DNA of 64,000 nucleotides, taken from NCBI RefSeq assembly GCF_009914755.1, contig NC_060926.1; one strand, written 5' to 3'. This document shows positions 16,605-31,321 of the stretch, in pieces. A model generated the notes under the pieces. The model saw only the letters and a program-made list of their open reading frames with translations, had not been told where the DNA came from and did not search any database. This DNA is from the human T2T-CHM13v2.0 reference genome, Homo sapiens. Each line of letters opens with the position of its first letter. The first letter of the stretch is position 1. The position numbers and the translations under genes are program-made.

Positions 16605-17402
16605 AAATATTTTTGACAAACTTTTATGATTTTACACCTATTGAACAACATTACAGTAACATGAAGGAAGCTGATTTTTGGTGGTCAAAGAAAATGGAAA
16701 TATAAGATTTTGTAGGTGGGGCCTGGGTAATGAAGGGGGACTGTCATTCTGTCGAATATTCCAAATGACTTCAATTTATTCATCTTTTGATTTTTGACAA
16801 ATTAACAATCAGATATTAAAATTAGCATATTTCAAAACAAAATTTAGTCATTGATTTCAGCCATTGGAACACCAAAATTTTTACTAAATTAAACAATGAA
16901 AATGACTGATTAAAACTGGCTCCCTTCTTGTTCCCTAATCACCTCTTGGTGAGGTAAGCCTGGATCTATTGTAGGAAGGAAGTACAGTCACTCCCTAGGG
17001 TGGAAGAGAATCAAGGCACCATGATGTTAACAGATCCTGGACCAACCGTTGATTAATAACACTTTACCCTTCCATGCCTCAGTGTCCCCATCAATAAAAC
17101 TAGAGGCAATCACTTCTGACATCCAATTTTCAAATATAAGATTTAATAATTGTGTGACATTTTATAATTTGGGAACTTTTAAGTCAAATTGGAAATAGAC
17201 CTGTTTGGTTTTCTTTTCAATAAGATGGCAAAAACATTTCAATGTAGAGAGATTCTGTAGGGTAGGATCTAAATATAAATCCTTTCGAAATAGAAAATGG
17301 GAGAGAAAGCCCAGATTAAACTCCTCTGCATCTTAAGTTCCAGGCTTAGAAAATAAGGACATATGGGGAAAAAGTGGTCTTAAGGAAAAAAAAAAAGTCT
17401 AC

Positions 17403-17728
17403 CTTTTATTAGTCACTCTGCTTCATGTGCAGTTTTGTACAAGTTTGCCTGGGCCACAACACCCCAGTCTGAAAATGGCTTTGCATCAGAATGGTTCTCC
17501 AAGTCTTATGTCACCATATTGTCTTGAAAATTATGTTCTTATTCTTGGCTTTCAAATTCTCTTGAAGATTTCCTCATTATCTTTCAAAATTTCAAGAGTC
17601 ACAAGACTATCTTGTAAGGAGATGCTTTCTGTCCACAGAGGAAGACTGTAGATCTGTCTGGGGTCCGTTGACACCCTGGTCTCTTCAGCCGATTCAGTAT
17701 TTATAGCAGGGTCTGAGTCCATAGTAGT
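17403..17728 (-). pseudogene. Putative first coding pseudo-exon (ATG at 17722)
   Basis: tttacag|ACTACTATGG (strong Kozak), 56-codon ORF MDSDPAINTESAEETRV..EIFKRI ending at 17552, then AAAAG|gtagac. Confidence 0.55.
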
Positions 17729-18204
17729 CTGTAAATTATTTCCTATTTATTTAGATTAAATTTATAAAGATCAATTCCTAAAACACTAAAAATGGATCCC
17801 TAAGATCTCAATGATACACAGCTTGGTATTCCCTATGGAATCCATCATAAATCCCAGAATATATTTGTGATTTGATTGTTTATGTGAATGTCATTATTTG
17901 TATTTCTCAGTACAAAAAAGAGTAGTTGATACAACAATTTATTTTCTTGCAATGAGAAAATTAAAGATGAAGGATACTTAATAAGCAAATTGTAATAGAA
18001 AGTGCTCAGGTGTTCACTTTATTATATGTTAGTTCTCAAGTGAAAAAGCAAATTTGAATACTTTCAAAGTATTCTTTTCCCTGCAGAACACTAAATTGTT
18101 AAAAACCATTTATTTTTACTTTGGAAGATTAAGCATACAACAATGACTTAAAGTTAGTAATTTCTTCTGTATTTAAATATGTCACAGACAAAAATAAAAG
18201 AATT

Positions 18205-18339
18205 TATTTCTTGTTTTTAGAAGTAGGGTTTTGCTATGTTGCCCAGGCTAGCCTCAAACTCCTGTGCTCAAGCGATCCTCCCACCTCACCTTCCCCAGGA
18301 GCTGGGACTGATTACAGGCACGCCGCCACTGCACCTGGC
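18205..18339 (-). mobile_element. FLAM
   Basis: Antisense left monomer. Confidence 0.8.
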
Positions 18340-18499
18340 AAAAGGATTTCTTTTAAAGCCAATGCTTCTCATGTGAGCAACAGACCACAAGAAGTATACT
18401 TATTTTGAGAAGTTGCTTTCAAGTATAGCTCATCTAAGGGATACCATTCCTTAGTTACTATCTTTCTTTCCGGTCAAGAAGGCCCTGGAGCCCCTTTTT

Positions 18500-18830
18500 A
18501 TCTCAACATCTTCACACAAGTTCTTTCAGCTGCCAGGAAAGCTTATCCCTCATCCCACCTCCCACTCATTTTCCCCTTTTTTTAATTTCAGTTCTCCTTC
18601 AGATCTCAGTTTTCTTCTCCAGAAACCCCTCCATCTCCTCCTAGACTAAAAAGTCTCCATGTTACACACTCTTAAAACACAATAGGAATCAAATAATTAT
18701 TTCTGTGATTGTTTTGTTTCCCTCCACTAAACAATAAATTTCATAAGTACACAGATTGTGTATATTTGATTCAGTTTGATAGTACCTAGCACAATGCCTG
18801 GTATATTGTACCTGGTCAATAAAGAGTGAA
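18500..18830 (+). mobile_element. L2 3' fragment
   Basis: ..CCTAGCACAATGCCTGG..TCAATAAA..GTGAAT L2 terminus. Confidence 0.65.
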
Positions 18831-18849
18831 TATTAGAAAAAATGGAAAC

Positions 18850-19870
<1,021 letters not shown>

Positions 19871-19871
19871 G

Positions 19872-20191
<320 letters not shown>

Positions 20192-21276
20192 TAGTACATT
20201 TTTCAATACAACATATTATTTAAAAATACAGTTCTTGAAGGAATATTTTTCTAGGCTACAAGAACAGACTTTCCACTTATTTCTTTTTATCAATTTGTAA
20301 TTATAAATACATAAGATGACTGAATTCTGATTCAGATTATTTTGGAGATGATCTCCTTAATGTACATTTATTATATTTCTCCATTTAGAAGAAATATTTT
20401 TTAAATATAACAAATAAAAATATATATAGCTAACAACTTTTTCTAAACAGAAATGTAGCAAACGTCTGCAAAGGAGAATCTCGCTAAAGTAGCTATATGC
20501 TGCTAACTGCCTTGATTTAATGTACAATCTAAATTTCTCTTTCTAGTGGAAGCCAATATTTACTCATTCATTTATTTATTAATTCATTTATTCATAACAA
20601 TGAATGTAATTTAATTTCCATGTCCATGCATTTTATTCGGATTGTATATTTTCTCAAATAAATTCCACTGAGTTTTATCCTTAAATGTTATTAAGAAAAA
20701 TAAGACTTACATGAGACAGTTGCCACTATTATCCAATTAACACACTATCATAGCTGAAGATAATATAATTTAATCAGACTACAAGTCAAAACGTGCACAA
20801 CATGAAAGAGAATATCTCATATGCCTGGAATCCTACCTAGTGAGAGGACTGCTAAACATCATGGGCATTTAACTAAAACTCTGCCAAACTGAGCAAGGCT
20901 TTCAGAATGTAATTATATCTGAGCCACACCACTGTCCTACAGAATATGGTCACTTGTTACCAAATTAACATAACCTGGCATCAAGAATCTGTTATGGAGT
21001 AAGAAAAAGTCAACTCATTAAGACTTTTCCAGTTAACTACATTTCAAATAATTAATTTTTAAATAGAAGTTAAAAGGTCATCAGTATTTTAACAATACCA
21101 CTAATTTTGCAAGAGGAATGCTTTTACCTAGTTTGATTTATAAGGTACTGTAGGATTTTACTTTTAGATTGTAATTTTCCCTTAAATAATATTAACATTG
21201 TAATTTCTATATAAATGTACTATTGGTCTATTTATAACCTTATATTGACATTAGTTATAAAAAATATATAATTGTT

Positions 21277-21628
<352 letters not shown>

Positions 21629-21743
21629 TTAAAAAGTCTTACTGTCTGCCTAAATGAATTCATTTTAGATAGACAAGTTTTTAAAGTAGAACTGAAATAA
21701 TGGTGTTCAGCTAAATAAATGAGTAGATCAGTTATCATTTTAA

Positions 21744-22136
<393 letters not shown>

Positions 22137-22249
22137 TAAGGCATAAATAGTCTGACAATTTTTCAACTCAAACCTGATACTTTTAAAAAACAAATCTTAG
22201 ATCAGATGAGATAAATTAAGAGGTCACCAGACAGTTCTCAGTTGCACAA

Positions 22250-23160
22250 CCAGGAACCTCATACTGAAACCAGCTGGAGGCGGAGCGGAGGCTGCTAAAA
22301 GCCATCTCACGTCCACATGACGCCAAATTCTACAGATTTTTCAAACGGACTCCAAGGATGGCCACACATATAAATCCAGTGAAAAAGGACGAACCTGAAG
22401 TTGCCAGTGTGAAGCCCGTGAGTGTGCAGTGAACCGCAGAGAAAGCTTCTTGGTGAGTTGAGTTTGTGGAGTGGCCCAGAGCCAGGCGGGAGCGTCAGTA
22501 CCGCGCACTGTTAACAGCGGCCCGACAAACCCAGCAAATGCAGAATTGGCCAGGGGATCCCCGAAAGAACCAATCCTTCCCCAGCCCTCTCACCGAAAGC
22601 CACAGCAGGAAAAACTGGTGTCTGCTGAAATGTCAGAAGACTCACAGTTTTTCTGGAAAGTCAACCGAGGAAGAGTTTCTTCTGTGGAAACGCAAGCCAG
22701 GGCTCTGCCTCCGCCACAGGGCCCCTGCGACCCAATTCTGTTCTCACCCCCAGATTTTCTCACTCTGCCACCTGCCCATCCCCCAGGGTTCCTCCCTCCA
22801 GAAGAACAGGGTTTGCTGAAAGGCTTGGCGGTATTTCCGGGTCAGTCTCGTGTCTGGCCCCGGACACCCCCCGCATCCGACTGCCGGGCTCAGGGAAGGG
22901 GCTTCCCATGAAAGCTGGGAAAGCTGGGGCCATCTACCAGGACACACTGGGGCATGGGAGTGCAGGGGGATAAACCTGGAGCAACCCCCAGAGAGGAGGG
23001 AAAAGGCCGGAGAAAGTGGAGGTGGAGGGCAGGAGAGTACCTCCCGCACCTAAAAGGAGTCATGCCCTGGGGCCAGATGATAGCCCTGGAACTGGAGGTG
23101 GAAACCAAAAGAGACCCCACCCGAGGTTGCTGACCCCTCATCCCTAGACATCCTTCTGCA
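22250..23160. promoter_or_regulatory. Promoter/enhancer-like GC- and CpG-enriched unique segment
   Basis: GC-box-like GAGGCGGAGCGG (~22278), CRE half-sites CACGTC/TGACG (~22308-22322), TATAAAT 22369-22375, donor-like GTGAGT at 22418 and 22453. Confidence 0.5.
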
Positions 23161-24204
23161 CCCACTGGGGGTTCTAGGCTGTGAATGGGAAGCTGGTCCC
23201 TCCTACCAGAGAGTCCAAGTTCTGTGCTTTCCTAATGCATAGAGGAATCCTTCCTATTGGGTTTATGTGTGAGGTACAGACAGTAAACATGGTTATCAGG
23301 GGATGTCTGAAACATCATTATCCTCCAGAAAAGCTGTTTATTCCAGCACATTTGCTGCAGCGAGCCTGTAGTTCTGAATAAACTAGTCCACCTATTTCAA
23401 TTTAGCGATGGGTATATAACTTAAACTTTTACACACTACACGCCAGTGAGTCGGAATAGCCACTAGGAGTTAGGAAGGGAGGTGGCTGCCGGAAAAGGGA
23501 AGGCAAGGATTTTTGCAAGCAGAGAGAGGGCTGTGCCTGAACAGAAGCATCAGGGTGAAGGTGCTGAGGACCCCGTCAGGGTGGGGTGAGCCTGTTTATC
23601 ACAACTTAAATATTCTCCCAGCGTCCAAGAGAACATGGGGCACACCGAGGCTCTTATTGGCTTCTCAAGGATACAACCATATGAAAGATATCTTCACATG
23701 CTGGATTTAACGGGATCACCAGTCAATAAGACTGATGCCAGCAAATGACTAGTGTCCAGAACCCTCTTGTGTTGGGTCTTAGGCTCATAATTACTAATCT
23801 GCAACAGCCCAAGGCCAGAATTTTCTTGGTCAGGGAAACTTTCAAGTTCTTTGAGGAACGTCTTCTTCACAACTGTGACAGCCTCATATTGAAAGTGGGT
23901 TCAACTCTTTCTGTGCTTATTTCATTCCAAGCAGAGCCCATTTCTGATGCCTAATAAGAACGTAATACTGAGTAACATGTTAGATAATGACATTCTTTAC
24001 TTTAAGGTACTTTCCTGTCCAAAATAAATGTAAAGAGATGTATTTTGTTTTAGTCAGCAAGAGGGGTATAGCAATCAATTGGCTTTCTTTGTCAAAAATC
24101 AACTTCTGGACTAAAGCCAGAGGCTTAGTCCAGTTTAATTTAGCAGAAGCTAAATTAGAACCTTGAACTAGAGTTATAGAGTAAGTTAGTAAATCTAAAC
24201 AATT

Positions 24205-24560
24205 ATATCAGTCAAATCTAGTCAGGAAACCAAAAACCATATCAGTTGTTTCAACAGAGAGAATTTAATACAGGGAAAAATTCAAACAAATCTTGGAACG
24301 TTGAAACAGCAAAAAGGGAAGTCTGAGGTATCATAGAGACAATAACTGCAGAAGCAGCTGCCACCTCTAAAGCTGGAGAAACAAAAGAAAGAGGTTGGAG
24401 GGGTCATTCAAACTTAAAAACTCAGAGGAGGGGGCCCAACGGATCTGGGACTCACTTCTCTGAGAAGGTGCTGCCTAGCTAGTGCTGGGACTTCCAAGGG
24501 TATGGGAATGTAGAAAGATGCTGAAAATGGGAATCAACTGCTATTCTTGGTGTTAAGTCC
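24205..24560 (-). mobile_element. Ancient LTR fragment (LTR78/LTR41-like)
   Basis: TATCAGTCA..AGTCAGGAAAC..CAACAGAGAGAATTTAATACAGGGAA start motif. Confidence 0.5.
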
Positions 24561-24709
24561 CAAATAATACACTAGTTACGGTTTGACTACAGTCAAAAAC
24601 TATAGTCATGGTCAATTCACCATGAGAAAGGAAAGGATCCACAGGCAATATCTGCAAGAAGACGACCTTTTTTTGCACAAAGGTAAAGCCTGCAAACATG
24701 ACAGGAGAC

Positions 24710-25200
24710 TTACAACTCAGCAACAAAAAGACAAATAACCAAATTTAAAAATGGGCAAAGGATGTGAAGAGACATTTCCCCAAAGAAGATATACAAATGG
24801 CTAAAAAGCACAGGGAAAGATATTCAATATCATTGCCATCAAGGAAATGCAAATGAAAACCACAGTGAGATGCCACTACACCTACTAAGATGACTCTAAT
24901 AAAAGAAAAAAAAGACAATAATAAATATTGATGAACACGTAGAGAAATTGGAACCCTCATATATGTGCTGGCGAGGCTGTAAAAGGCTGCAGCCACTATG
25001 GAAAACAGTTTGGCAGTTTCTCAATAAGTTAGTTATAGAGTTAATGTATGACCCAGCCATTGGGATTCTGAAAATGTTTTGGAATTAGTGGTGATCATTG
25101 CACAATCTGTGAATATAATAAAAGCCACTAAATTTGACACTTTAAAAGAGTAAATTTTATAGTATGGGGTATTATATATCTCATTTTAAAAATTTTAAGT
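24710..25200 (+). mobile_element. L1MB-type 3' fragment
   Basis: AAATGGGCAAAGGA..AGACATTTC..GAAATGCAAATGAAAACCACA..; 3'UTR tail. Confidence 0.8.
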
Positions 25201-25344
25201 AATGGGAGAGAAAAGACAAGAAAAATTATATAAAACACAGGGACAGGTTTTTGGATAAAATAATAAAAGTCCATGTATTTACGCTTGTCTTCTGTTTCTG
25301 GAACATCCTATTCAATACCATCCAATATCAAAGTGCATTTTGAC

Positions 25345-25645
25345 TTTGTTTTGTTGTTGTTTTTTGAGACAGTCTCACTCTGTCACCCAGGCTGGAGTGC
25401 AGTAGTGCAATCTTGGCTCCCTGCAACCTCCATCTCCCGGGTTCAAGCAATTCTTGTGCCTCAGCCTCCCCAGTAGCTGGAATTACAGGCATGTACCACC
25501 ATGCCCAGCTAATTTTTGTATTTTTAGTAGAGACGAGGCTTCACCATGTTGGCCAGGCTGGTCTTGAATGCCTGACATCAAGTGATCCACCCGCCTCAGC
25601 CTCCCAAAGTGCTGGGATTACAGGTGTGACCCACCACACCCAGCC
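25345..25645 (-). mobile_element. AluS
   Basis: Antisense dimer; TSD CATTTTGACTTTG. Confidence 0.92.
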
Positions 25646-25685
25646 ACATTTTGACTTTGAGACTTGCAATTCAAAATCTGACTGA

Positions 25686-28305
25686 CTCTATTGAGATAAT
25701 CATATGGTTTTTGTCATTGGCTCTGTTTATGTGATGGGTTACATTTATTGATTTGCATATGTTGAACCAGCCTTTCATCCCAGGGATGAAGCCGGCTTGA
25801 TCGTGGTAGATAAGCTTTTTGATGTGCTGCTGGATTCTGTTGGCCAGTATTTTATTGAGGATTTTCACATCGATGTTCATCAGGGATGTGTGCCTGAAAT
25901 TTCCTTTTTTTGTTGTGTCTCGGCCAGGTTTTGGTATCAGGATGATGCTGGCCTCATAAAATGAGTTAGAGAGGATTCCCTCTTTTTCTATTGCTTGGAA
26001 TAGTTTCAGAAGGAATGGTACCAGCTCCTCCTTGTACCTCTGGTAGAATTTGGCTCTGAATCAGTCTGGTCCTGGACTTTTTTTGGTCGGTAGGCTAAAT
26101 TCAACAGCGCTTCATGCTAAAAACTCTCAATAAACTAGGTATTGATGGAATGTATCTCAAAATAAAAAGAGCTACTTATGACAAACCCACAGCCAATATC
26201 ATACTGAATGGGCAAAAACTGGAAGCATTCCCTTTGAAAACTGTCACAAGACAAGGATGTCCTCTCACCACTCCTATTCAACATAGTATTGGAAGTTCTG
26301 GCCAGGGCAATCAGGCAAGAGAAAGAAAATAAGGGGTATTCAATTAGGAAAAGAGGAAGTAAAATTGTCTGTTTGCAGATGACATGATTGTATATTTAGA
26401 AAACCCCATCGTCTCAGCCCAATATCTCCTTAAGCTGATAAGCAACTCCAGCAAAGTCTTAGGATACAAAATCAATGTGCAAAAATCACAAGCTTTCCTA
26501 CACACCATTAACAGACAAACAGAGAGCCAAATCCTGAGTGAACTCCCATTCACAATTGCTACAAAGAGAATAAAATACCTAGGAATACAACTTACATAGG
26601 ATGTGAAGGACCTCTTCAAGGAGAACTACAAACCACTGCTCAACGAAATAAGAGAGGACACGAACAAATGGAAAAACATTCCATGCTCATGGATAGGAAA
26701 AATCAGTATCGTGAAAATGGCCACACTGCCCAAAGTAATTTATAGATTCAATGCCATCCCCATCAAGCTACCATTGACTTTCTTCACAGAATTGGAAAAA
26801 AACTACTTTAAATTTCATGTGGAACCAAAAAAGAGCCTGCATGGCCAAGACAATCCTAAGCAAAAAGAACAAAGCTGGAGGCATCACACTACCTGACTTC
26901 AAACTATACTACAAGGCTACAGTAACAAAAACAGCATGGTACTGGTACCAAAACAGATACATAGACCAATGGAACAGAACAGAGGCCTCAGAAATAATGC
27001 CACACATCTACAACTGTCTGATATTTGACAAACCTGACAAAAGCAAGGGATGGGGAAAGGATTCCCTATTTAATAAATGGTGTTGGGAAAACTGGCTAGC
27101 CATATGCAGAAAGCTGAAACTGGATCCCTTCCTTACACCTTATACAAATATTAATTCAAGATGGATTAAAGACTTAAACATAAGACCTAAAAACATAAAA
27201 ACCCTAGAAGAAAACCTAGGCAATACCATTCAGGACACAGGCATGGGCAAGGACTTCATGACTACAACACCAAAAGCAATGGCAACAAAAGCCAAAATTG
27301 ACAAATGGGATCTAATTAAACTAAAGCGCTTCTGCACAGCAAAAGAAACTATCATCTCAGTGAACAGGCAACCTACAGAATGGGAGAACATTTTTGCAAT
27401 CTATCCATCTGACAAAGGGCTAATATCCAGAATCTATAAAGAACTTAAACAAATTTACAAGAAAAAAACAAACAACCCCATCAAAAAGTGGGTGAAAGAT
27501 ATGAACAGACACTTCTCAAAAGAAGACATTTATGCAGCCAACAAACATGAAAAAAAGCTCATCATCATTGGTCATTTGAGAAATGCAAATCAAAACCACA
27601 ATGAGATACCATCTCACTCCACTTAGAATGGCGATCATTAAAAAGTCAGGAAACAACAGATGCTGGAGAAGATGTGGAGAAATAGGAATGCTTTTACACT
27701 GTTGGTGTGAGTGTAAATTAGTACAACCATTGTGGAAGACAGTGTGGTGATTCCTCAAGAATCTAGAACTAGAAATACCATTTGACCCAGCCATCCCATT
27801 ACTGGGTATATACCCAAAGGATTATAAATCATTCTGCTATAAAGACACATGCACATGTATGTTTATTGTGGCACTGTTCACAATAGCAAAGACTTGGAAC
27901 CAACCCAAATGCCCATCAATGATAGACTGGATAAAGAAAATGTGGCACATATACACCATGGAATACTATGCAGCCATCAAAAAGGATGAGTTCATGTCCT
28001 TTGAAGGGACATGGATGAAGCTGGAAACCATCATTCTCAGCAAACTAACACAAGAACAGAAAACCAAACACCACATGTTCTCACTCATAAGTGGGAGTTG
28101 AACAATGAAAACACATGGACACAGGGAGGAGAACATCACACACCAGGGCCTGTCAGGGAGTAGGGGGGCCAGGGGAGGGATAGCATCCCTCCCCTGGGTT
28201 GATGGGTTCATGGGTGCAGCAAACCACCATGGCACATGTATACCTATATAACAAGCCTGCACGTTCTGCACATGTACCCCAGAACTTAAAGTATAATAAA
28301 AAATT
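25686..28305 (+). mobile_element. 5'-truncated, 5'-inverted L1PA (approx. L1PA7/8)
   Basis: Antisense ORF2 segment 25686-26097 joined to sense ORF2-3'UTR 26098-28305; TSD AAAA(T/A)CTGACTG. Confidence 0.92.
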
Positions 28306-28480
28306 AAAAACTGACTGTCCAAGCCCCGCAAAGAAACATTTAAATAGTATATAGAATCCTGTCATGATTAACCTCTTGTTCACACATCCATTCCAAGAAT
28401 ACAAGGACAGATACCTATAAACCTTTGTGTCCCTGGCCCCTGTGACCTGTGACCCCTGCTGGCTGGGAAGGGACACTCAC

Positions 28481-28700
28481 CTTTCTACCAGACTCCTCTT
28501 ATACCCCACGTGGCATTTTTGCACCAGTCCTATACTCCTATGAGACTCCCACCAGCCCCAGGACAGACTACAGCAGCACATGAATTAGTAAGGTTATGGG
28601 CCATCTAGTCAACTGGCCTAGTTGAAGTCCACATTCTGCTATCATCAGCCCACAGAATCTTCAACCTATATCCTGCCTTGACTAGAGGAGGGCCAGAAAC
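28481..28700 (-). ncRNA. Candidate non-coding internal exon (220 nt)
   Basis: ttcctttcttctacag|G ... AAG|gtgagt, both near-consensus; no long open frame. Confidence 0.4.
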
Positions 28701-28950
28701 CTGTAGAAGAAAGGAACATCTCAGATGTAGAATTGGCATACTTTAGACACCATTATTCTTATGCTTTCTTCTTAGGGTTTTCGCCATCCATCTCTTCTTT
28801 CCTTTTACCACTGCCTTCTTCCCAGTTTATGCCTGGATTGTTGTAATTGTCTCATTTTCTGCTTATAGTCTCTCCCATTTCTAATCCTCCTACACACAAA
28901 CATCAAATAGCCTGCCCAAAACATTCTCTTCTTGTCACTCCTTTGTTTGA

Positions 28951-29336
<386 letters not shown>

Positions 29337-29769
29337 TAAATCTGATTTTAGAGCCCCCTATAATCTAGCCCCAATCTATCATTCCAGATTAGCACAAATT
29401 CCCATTTGGTTACATACAGTACCCCAAGATTGCCTATTTCTGTGCTATTTGTGCCTTCTCCCCCCATAGAGAATAGAGAATTAGCCTCTAATTCTCCCTC
29501 CATTGCTGCCTACCAACATTCTTCAAGGTCCTCAAGACCTATTCTTCAAGGCCTATGTCAAATCTCAGCTTTCCAAGAAGACTTGATTATCCCAGCTGAG
29601 ATTGATCTCCCTCCTTGAAACAATGGCTATTGTCTCTGCCATTCTGCCTTTGCCTTCTTTGTAGGATAATCACTTCTGCTTCCCAGCTCCACTCTCAATT
29701 TCAGGAGGACAGTGGCGCTTTGGAGACCTTGAAGAGCTGACCAAATTCAGACTGCAGGTCCATTCTGCA

Positions 29770-30030
29770 CAGTGATTTCAAAACTGGCAGTTAGTTGTTA
29801 CCAACATTTAAAAGTTGGGAGATATCTTATAAAAATCTGAGTTTCCTGCTTCTCTTGAAAATTCAGAATATCTTGCCACACTGGGCCTACACTTCTACTT
29901 AGAATATGCTAAGGCTGAGTAGTGGCCACTCCTGAAGGTGGGGCCTCTGTTCTCCAGTTCACTAAAGTTCCTGCTTCCTGTTTTTAAACCTTGCTCTTAC
30001 CTTGGAGGCATCTGAGTTTATGATCTCTGG
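29770..30030. mobile_element. hAT-Charlie fossil (MER102-like)
   Basis: CAGTGATTTCAAAACT..AAAAATCTGAGTTTCCTGCTTCTCTTGAAAA..CACTGGGCC. Confidence 0.6.
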
Positions 30031-31046
30031 TTCTAACACCTCTACAGAGTAAGCGGTAGGTAAATGGATGAAAGAATTTTAGGAAGGATAAATGAACAAA
30101 CTAACCTAGCTTATGGCAAAATTTGCATTTTCCACAAATTTTCAGCTGGCCAAGGAGCTCAACAGCTAAATTCTCATAACTACCCACTCCCCTAATCTGT
30201 TCTTTTCTTGTCTTGAATCAAGTGCAAAAACAAATTCTGGTCAAAGCTTGAGTGGATATATAATGATAAAGGGGTTGATTCAACAAGGGGATATAACAAT
30301 TTTAATTATTTATCCACGCAATACTGGAGCACCCAGATATGTAAAACAAATATTATTAGAGCTAAAGAGAGAAATAAGCCCCAATACAATAAGAGTTGGA
30401 AAGGTCAACACACCACTTTCAGCACTGGACAGATCTTCCAGACAGAAAATCAACAAAGAAACATCAGACTTAATCTGCACTATAGACCAAATGGACCTAA
30501 TAGATGTTTACAGAACATTTCATCCAATGGCTGCAGAATACACATTCTTTTCCTCAGCACATAGGTCATTCTCAAGGATAGACCACATATTAGGTCACAA
30601 AACAAGTCTTAAAACATTCAAAAAATGAAATAATATTAAGCTTCTCTAGTCACAAAGGAATAAGACTAAAAATCAATAATAAGAGGAATTTGGGAAACTA
30701 TACAAATACATGGAAATTTAACAATATGCTCCTGAATGACCAGTGGGTCAATGAAGAAATTAAGAAGAAAATTGAAAAATTGTTTGAAACAAATGATAAT
30801 GGCAGCACAACATACCAAAACCTATGGAATACAGTGAAAGCAGTACTAAGAGGGAAGTTTATAGCTATCAGTGCCTACATCAAAAATGAAGAAAAACTTC
30901 AAATCAACAATCTAACAATGGATCTTTAAAAACTAGACAAGCAAGAGCAAACCAAACCCAAAATTAGTAGAAGAAAATAAATAATAAAGATCAGAGCAGA
31001 TATAAATGGAATTGAAACAAAAAAGAAAATAAAAAGATCAATGAAG

Positions 31047-31321
<275 letters not shown>

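Noticed and set aside
22466-23165. Overlapping 67-146 aa ORFs in the GC-rich patch
   Set aside because: Several rely on GTG or other non-ATG starts; no recognisable domain; expected in GC-rich sequence
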